A stretch of 64,000 bases of DNA from Candidatus Fraserbacteria bacterium. GTDB lineage: Bacteria; Bipolaricaulota; Bipolaricaulia; RBG-16-55-9; DRXL01. Under the pieces are notes generated by a model. That model was not told where the DNA came from. It made no database searches and worked only from the letters and a program-made list of their open reading frames with translations. The stretch covers positions 4,290 to 68,289 of the forward strand of contig JBBIUX010000004.1 of NCBI GenBank assembly GCA_037440025.1. Reading direction: 5' to 3'. Position 1 is the stretch's first letter; each line of letters opens with the position of its first letter. The position numbers and the translations under genes were made by a program. Below are positions 58,797 to 64,000 of this stretch, piece after piece.

Positions 58797-59122
58797 CGCT
58801 CAAAAAGTCCGATCAGTTAGTCTTAGTGGGTTTTGTCGCTGTGGCGCTCGCGACGGCGCTCCTGACGCGGGCCACCCTGGCTCCAGAGAAGAGCATAGCA
58901 CAATTTGTCACCCGTCTGAGCGAGCCGCTCGATCTCAACACAGCAACCCTCGAAGAACTGATAGATCTGCCGGGGATCGGGCCGGTCTTAGCCAGGCGCA
59001 TCATTGCATATCGAGAAGCACGCGGGGGCTTTAAGAGTGTCGAGGAACTTTTAGAGATTCGCGGGATCGGCCCGAAGAGATTAGAGCAATTACGCCTGCG
59101 TGTCGAAGTTGGACAGCGCTAG
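58793..59122 (+). CDS. comEA: ComEA-like helix-hairpin-helix DNA-binding protein (membrane-anchored).
   Basis: N-terminal transmembrane helix. LDLNTATLEELIDLPGIGPVLARRIIAYRE...FKSVEELLEIRGIGPKRLE HhH pair. ATGA overlap with the upstream ORF. Confidence 0.75.
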   Translation: MTLKKSDQLVLVGFVAVALATALLTRATLAPEKSIAQFVTRLSEPLDLNTATLEELIDLPGIGPVLARRIIAYREARGGFKSVEELLEIRGIGPKRLEQLRLRVEVGQR

Positions 59123-59160
59123 ATTTGAGTTTTCCGTTCCTTCTGCTAGACTAGAGCGTC

Positions 59161-62100
59161 ATGTTCCGTTTGGTAGATCGCTACTTCGTACGCGAGATGA
59201 TCTTTCCCTTTGTGCTCGCCGTCGTGGGATTTGTGCTCTTCATCGTGCTCAACCTCATCCAACAGCTCTCAGACTTCATGCTTGATCGCAATATCTCTCT
59301 CTGGGTGCTCTTTCAAATATTGGCCTATCGCCTGCCCGAACTCTTAGTGTATGGCTTGCCCGTCGGTGTTTTATTCGCGATCTTCTGGGCACTGGGCCGC
59401 CTCAGCCATGACCGCGAGCTGGTTGCTCTCCAAGCCGCAGGGTTCTCACTCAGAAGACTGATGTGGCCCGTCTTGCTCATGGGATTTATCACGACGGCCA
59501 CGGCTTTCGCCGTGGGAGAACTGTGGATGCCCTGGGCCAATCATCGTTACTACGATCTCTTGCGCGAGATCTTTTTGATACGCTCTGCTCCGCAGATTCG
59601 TGAGTCGACGTTCGTGAAGATCAGCGACAGCGCTTACGCTTATATCGAACGGTACGACCCTCAGACCAAGGAGCTGCGCACCGTGATGGTCTTCGACCGA
59701 GGCGGCGGCGAATATCTCGATGAGCTGGCAGCACGCTTTCCCAAGATCATCACCGCCGAAGAAGGTCTGTGGGACGGCGAATATTGGCGACTGGCAAACG
59801 GGAAACTCCATAAGTTGCGCGATGATGGCCAGTTCGAGTACACCGTTATCTTTGAACAGCTTTCGATACGAGCCGGGCCCTATCTGCAAAAGCTCTTCTT
59901 TGAGCAGCGCACTCCTCATGAGATGGGTATACTCGAACTGTATAAACAGATAGAGTTGCTCCACCGCAGCGGTCTGGGAGCGGAGAGCTTGATCGTCGAG
60001 CTGCACTCCAAGATCGCCGTGCCATTTTCGGCTTTGATCTTTGCACTCTTTGGTGCTCCCCTGAGTTTGATCTTCGCGCAGGGAGGTGCCCCGCGCGGAC
60101 GGGCTGCCGGTGTCATTATGAGCTTGCTCTTGGTTGCCGGCTACCAGGGGTTACTCTTATGGATGTCAACGCTGGGCAGGCGGAGCTTGATCGCACCTAT
60201 CTTGGCTCCTTGGATTCCCAATATTCTGTTCGCGCTGATCGGGCTTCTTTTGCTGCTCTGGGTGGATCGGCTCAGCCGCATGGATCTTCTCGCGCGTCTG
60301 CGACGGCTCGTCCCGTTTGGGGCGTTCCTACTGGCTTTCGGGAACTTTTACACCGTTGCTCAAGAGCCACCGCCCATCTCGCTCGACCTGCAAGCCGACA
60401 AGCTCACCGTTGCCCGCGATTGGCGCGAGCTGACCGCTGATGGGCACGTTCGCCTGGAGTACGCCAATGGCCGACTCCAAGCGGACAGACTGAGTGCCCA
60501 GCGGATTCCCCCCTCTCTCTCTGATAAAGGGAGAGCGGAAGGAAGGAAGGGTGAAGCGTGGCGCATCGCTGCCCAAGGGAGCGTCTCTTGGGAAGGTGAG
60601 GGCTTCAAGGGCGAGACAGAAGCCATCGAACTCCAAATAGGGTGGGATGGCACTGCGTGGCAGCTAGAGGACGCACGATTACTGACAGCTCGCTTGGAGT
60701 ACGAGCAGGGGAGCCTGCGCGCCGATGAGATCGTTGTGCGGCGCGCCGAGCATGAGCGCATATGGATCGCCGAAGCACGCGGCCGTGTGCGTCTAGAAGA
60801 GCAAGGGGACAAAAAGACTGTAGACTACGCTGACGCCGACGAACTGACGCTCGAACTGGTCACCCCTAGCCCTTCTTCCGTTCGTGAAGACGGGGCAGGG
60901 CAGGGTGAGGGCCAAGTGCGAGCCCGTTCGGCTGTATTGAAGAATTTCATCGGCCAGACGCGCTTTGAAAGCGCCGCCAAAAAGCAAGAGACCCTGCGTT
61001 TCCAAGGCCGCCAAGCCCAAGCGACTTTCTCCCCAGACGGACGCATCAAACTTCTAGAAATAGCCACGGGCGAGATCACCACGTGTACCTGCCCTGACCC
61101 GATCACACGATCAGCCTACTCGATCGCTGCGGCCGGCGTCCGATTGGAGCTTGGTGAGTCTGTTCTGGCAACCAATATCCTGTTAAAAACCTATGGGGTA
61201 CCCATCTTCTGGGCCCCAGTCTACTTTGCCTCCCTGAAAGAAGAGACGAAAAACCCCTTGCTGCCAGACTTTGGACAGCTGCCCGCCCGCGGCTGGTACG
61301 TCCGCTGGCGCTTTCCCTTTGTCATTGACAAGAACAATACCGGCACGCTCGTGGTTGACTATTACACCAAACTGCCCGAAGTGGGAACGGGCATAGAATA
61401 TAACTATAGATTTTGGTCGCAGCAGGGCCAGATGTCGGTCTATCGCCTCGTTGGTCGCGGCGAGTCCAGGGCCGTTGATTGGAACCATCAGGCCCAGCTG
61501 CCGCTGAACATGCGTTTATCTCTGGGGGTCTCTTCACGAACTGGCCTCTTAGAACAAGAAGCCCAGCGGCTCTTCTCGCGAGCGCTCTTGTCGGCTGACT
61601 GGGGGCCTGTGCGCTGGAGCGCGCTCTGGAGCCGTGATCACAACCTGCTGCAACCGGAGCCGGATAAAGAACAAATAATTCTCTATCGTCTCTTGGAAAA
61701 GACCCCGGAGCTGACGCTCTCGCTCGTGCCCCTGCGCTTGGGACCGCTCCCGCTCTCGCTGACGCTGGGTGTCGCGTGGGGCACATATCGTGAAAAGAAG
61801 CTGGATCGAGAAAACTTTGACGAGAGCACACGGTTTGATACCGTCGTGGGCTTGCAGTCTCTCGCGCTGGGAACGGCTATCTTCACCATGCAGACCAGCA
61901 CCAATTATCGGCTCTCGCTCTATGAGCCCCAACGATATCGTCGTGAGGCGTATGATCTGACCGTGGCGCTCAGCCTGCGCCCGCTGCCCGGCTTGAGCGC
62001 CGACATAACGTATTCGTATCGGCGCGTCATAGGGCAAAGCCCATTTAGCTTCGATCAGCTCAGTCTGCTGCACCGGGTCACCATACGAGCGACCTCGACG

Positions 62101-62730
62101 ACCGTACCATTCAAGCCTGTCTTCACGACCGGCTACGATCTTGAGCTAAAGACATTCGATCCGTTGCGTCTTGTGCTCCGCGAAAAGATCACGGGTCTTG
62201 ATGTCGTCACCACCTGGGAGTATGATCTCAATCGATATCTTTGGAATAGAGCAGAACTCAGCCTGAGTGGGGCCCTGGATATTGTTGCTCTCGCTGCGCT
62301 GATGCCGGAGCCGCTGCGATCATCGTTGGATGTGCCTGGAGAGATACCCCCCCTCACCGTGCAGCTCTTGGCGGCCTATCTTTTTCCCATAAAATCATTT
62401 GAAGATCTGATTCTCAAGTTGCGTTGGGGCACGCACGGCTTGGGCATCAATTTTGATCTCAATCGTCTCTCTCTCAGACGATTCAATCTCGAAACGAGTT
62501 GGCAATGGGGGTCCGACTGGGAGTTTTCCATCAAAGGCGAGTACGATCTGCCCACGCAACGCCTCACGGCTCTGCAAGTAGGCGTGATAAAAAAATTCTG
62601 TCAGGCGTGTTGGCAGCTGGGCGTCTATAGTGACAGCCAGAGAATATGGCTCCAGGCACAGATCAACGCGTTCCCCACAGCGCAGGTGCGCTACTCGCCG
62701 ACCGACCAAAGACTGTCATTCGGTTCCTAG
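59161..62730 (+). CDS. Single continuous ORF fusing an LptF/LptG-family LPS export permease (residues ~1-370) to a signal-peptide-like helix, an OstA_N (LptA-like) domain and an LptD-like OstA_C beta-barrel region (residues ~375-1189).
   Basis: N-terminus YjgP/YjgQ family (MFRLVDRYFVREMIFPFVLAVVGF...ELVALQAAGFSL). Junction MDLLARLRRLVPFGAFLLAFGNFYTVAQE. LptA-like LQADKLTV...GHVRLEYANGRLQADRL. LptD-like GVPIFWAPVYFASL...LLPDFG...GWYVRWRFPF..D.N..GTLVVDYY..GTGIEYNY. No stop codon in 3.57 kb. Confidence 0.8.
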   Translation: MFRLVDRYFVREMIFPFVLAVVGFVLFIVLNLIQQLSDFMLDRNISLWVLFQILAYRLPELLVYGLPVGVLFAIFWALGRLSHDRELVALQAAGFSLRRLMWPVLLMGFITTATAFAVGELWMPWANHRYYDLLREIFLIRSAPQIRESTFVKISDSAYAYIERYDPQTKELRTVMVFDRGGGEYLDELAARFPKIITAEEGLWDGEYWRLANGKLHKLRDDGQFEYTVIFEQLSIRAGPYLQKLFFEQRTPHEMGILELYKQIELLHRSGLGAESLIVELHSKIAVPFSALIFALFGAPLSLIFAQGGAPRGRAAGVIMSLLLVAGYQGLLLWMSTLGRRSLIAPILAPWIPNILFALIGLLLLLWVDRLSRMDLLARLRRLVPFGAFLLAFGNFYTVAQEPPPISLDLQADKLTVARDWRELTADGHVRLEYANGRLQADRLSAQRIPPSLSDKGRAEGRKGEAWRIAAQGSVSWEGEGFKGETEAIELQIGWDGTAWQLEDARLLTARLEYEQGSLRADEIVVRRAEHERIWIAEARGRVRLEEQGDKKTVDYADADELTLELVTPSPSSVREDGAGQGEGQVRARSAVLKNFIGQTRFESAAKKQETLRFQGRQAQATFSPDGRIKLLEIATGEITTCTCPDPITRSAYSIAAAGVRLELGESVLATNILLKTYGVPIFWAPVYFASLKEETKNPLLPDFGQLPARGWYVRWRFPFVIDKNNTGTLVVDYYTKLPEVGTGIEYNYRFWSQQGQMSVYRLVGRGESRAVDWNHQAQLPLNMRLSLGVSSRTGLLEQEAQRLFSRALLSADWGPVRWSALWSRDHNLLQPEPDKEQIILYRLLEKTPELTLSLVPLRLGPLPLSLTLGVAWGTYREKKLDRENFDESTRFDTVVGLQSLALGTAIFTMQTSTNYRLSLYEPQRYRREAYDLTVALSLRPLPGLSADITYSYRRVIGQSPFSFDQLSLLHRVTIRATSTTVPFKPVFTTGYDLELKTFDPLRLVLREKITGLDVVTTWEYDLNRYLWNRAELSLSGALDIVALAALMPEPLRSSLDVPGEIPPLTVQLLAAYLFPIKSFEDLILKLRWGTHGLGINFDLNRLSLRRFNLETSWQWGSDWEFSIKGEYDLPTQRLTALQVGVIKKFCQACWQLGVYSDSQRIWLQAQINAFPTAQVRYSPTDQRLSFGS
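60515..60565. repeat. Degenerate palindromic-element-like segment inside the LptD-like domain, in frame.
   Basis: CCCCCTCTCTCTCTGATAAAGGGAGAGCGGAAGGAAGGG encodes PPSLSDKGRAEGRKGE, similar to the PPSLKGRG..SLGEGLGER peptides from copies R5 and R7. Confidence 0.4.
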
Positions 62731-62824
62731 CGTTGCCCAGGCTTGGCAGTTTGATGTATACTGAGAAGGGCACGTTGTAACATGCCCCTACTGGAAAACG
62801 ATTCTTGCAATGGGGTGATCTCGT

Positions 62825-64000
62825 ATGGAGGTACGGACCGTTTGTTTATTGGGGCACGCCAGCGCCGGTAAGACTGCTCTGGCCGAAGCGCTTCTGAAAA
62901 AAGGTGGCTATGACGCGAAATTCGATGTTACGCCCGAGGCCAAAAGTCGAGGACACTCTGTAGATTTAGGGGTCGGTAGTCTCCTCCAGGGCGAGAAGCT
63001 CCTACAGATTCTCGATACTCCGGGCTTCAGCGAGTTCGTCGAAGAGATCTATAAAGCCCTGTGGGCCTCTGAGACAGCCCTGTTGGTAGTCAACGCTGAA
63101 AAGGGCGTCGAGGTGCACACGGAAAAAGCGTGGGAGTTGCTGCAGAAGTTCAAAAGACCCTCTCTGGTCGTCATCAACAAGATGGACTTACCCAATGCTG
63201 ATTTACCCAAGGCCTTAGAATCATTGCGCACGACGCTCTCCGGGAGGTTCGCTTGTCTAGAGCTTCCTATTCGTGAAGGCACGAACTTCGTCGGCTATGT
63301 GGATTTGATCGAAAATACAGCCGTCTACACAGATAAACGCAAGGGTGAGATCCCAGCGAATTTGAAAGAGATTGTCGCCGCGGAGCGCGAAAGTTTATTG
63401 GAAGTTCTCGCCGAAGCGAACGATGAGTTGATGGTCCATTTTCTCGAAGGCCAAGAGATCCCGGTGAACGAGATCCACCAAGCACTCAAAGATGCGCTGC
63501 GCAAGCGCATCTTCAGTCCGGTGCTCTGCGCATCACTGACCTCGGGGGCAGGCATTGATGCTCTGCTGGAAATGCTGCAGGCCGAAACGCCGACGTTCAC
63601 GGAAGTGAACAGACCGTCAGAGAACTTTGTCGCCCAGGCGTTCAATCTCTTCTCTGACCAGTATCTGGGCAGGCTGGCATTTTTGAAGATTGTGGGCGGG
63701 ACCATCTCTGAGGGAGACACTATCACGAACGTTAACACTGGTGCTCAAGAGCGCGTCAAAGAGATTTTGCGTTTTCACGGTGATAAGTCCGAAAAAATCC
63801 CACGAGCGCACGCTGGGGAGATCGTGGCGCTGGCCAAGTTGACCGATTGCCAGCTGGGCGATACATTTTCAGTCAACGGCTCAGCACAGAAGTTGCCCTG
63901 GCTTGAATTCCCCAAACCCGTCTTCGCCCGCGCGGTGACGCCGGAAACCCAAGCCGATGACGAGAAGATGAGCGGCGCCCTGAAAGAGATCGCCAGTGTC
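62825..64000 (+). CDS. Elongation factor G-like translational GTPase (an EF-G paralog). The CDS runs past the window end.
   Basis: G1 motif GHASAGKT, DTPGFSEF (G3) and NKMD (G4). EF-G domain II-like ...FSDQYLGRLAFLKIVGGTI. The M-start ORF track missed it because no stop falls inside the window. Confidence 0.85.
   Translation, partial: MEVRTVCLLGHASAGKTALAEALLKKGGYDAKFDVTPEAKSRGHSVDLGVGSLLQGEKLLQILDTPGFSEFVEEIYKALWASETALLVVNAEKGVEVHTEKAWELLQKFKRPSLVVINKMDLPNADLPKALESLRTTLSGRFACLELPIREGTNFVGYVDLIENTAVYTDKRKGEIPANLKEIVAAERESLLEVLAEANDELMVHFLEGQEIPVNEIHQALKDALRKRIFSPVLCASLTSGAGIDALLEMLQAETPTFTEVNRPSENFVAQAFNLFSDQYLGRLAFLKIVGGTISEGDTITNVNTGAQERVKEILRFHGDKSEKIPRAHAGEIVALAKLTDCQLGDTFSVNGSAQKLPWLEFPKPVFARAVTPETQADDEKMSGALKEIASV

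Noticed and set aside
60282-62730. Treating the LptD-like part as a separate gene starting at the internal ATG (60282)
   Set aside because: It is not rejected outright. However, no stop codon separates it from the LptF/G part in the given sequence, so the fusion ORF is reported, and the internal start is noted as an alternative inside the finding.

Overview
This is a high-GC (~58-60%) chromosomal window from an uncultured or poorly characterised bacterium. It is gene-dense on both strands and mostly housekeeping and energy metabolism. No rRNA, tRNA, CRISPR array or obvious integrase/transposase is visible.

Main content, in order:
- Two paralogous glutamate dehydrogenases sit at the two ends of the window (61-1332 on the minus strand; 55062-56339 on the plus strand).
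- A Lon-like AAA+ protease (COG1067-type).
- A cluster of three secreted PKD and/or vWA-domain proteins (3945-8931) that share unrecognised domains.
- A Tat-exported type II DMSO-reductase-family molybdoenzyme operon, alpha-beta-gamma plus a TorD-like chaperone (9543-15718), Nxr/Nar/Ebd-like.
- A pair made of a degenerate PP-loop ATPase-like gene and an ApgM-like phosphomutase.
- A TSUP exporter.
- rpsT, with a probable non-AUG start, followed by recJ.
- A fusion of a polytopic membrane domain with a TagA/WecG glycosyltransferase.
- jag and yidC.
- A system II cytochrome c biogenesis operon (resA, ccsB, ccsA).
- A Firmicutes-like tatC-efp-asp23-amaP-DUF2273-nusB-epimerase operon.
- thrS; a large vWA/PKD adhesin with a T9SS-type C-terminal sorting domain; metK; uppP; ileS; birA; purA.
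- A GltD-like flavoprotein followed by two tandem four-subunit 2-oxoacid:ferredoxin oxidoreductases.
- mraY; a DUF2283 protein paired with a MuF-motif protein; comEA.
- A continuous 1189-aa ORF that fuses an LptF/G permease to an LptA-like and LptD-like beta-barrel.
- An EF-G-like GTPase that runs off the end of the window.

Most notable non-genic signal: a family of GC-rich nested palindromic elements with at least 8 copies in 64 kb. Some are intergenic, but several are inserted in-frame inside essential genes (ileS twice, porA, ccsA, the LptD-like domain), in the manner of Rickettsia RPEs.

Other leads:
- the LptFG-LptD single-polypeptide fusion;
- shared domains in the secreted PKD cluster ('GLGLDED' repeats and a dockerin-like tandem module);
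- a periplasmic Nxr-like molybdoenzyme with an atypical FS0 cysteine pattern;
- four tandem tetraloop hairpins near 57.8 kb;
- a long hairpin in the metK leader with no recognisable SAM riboswitch.
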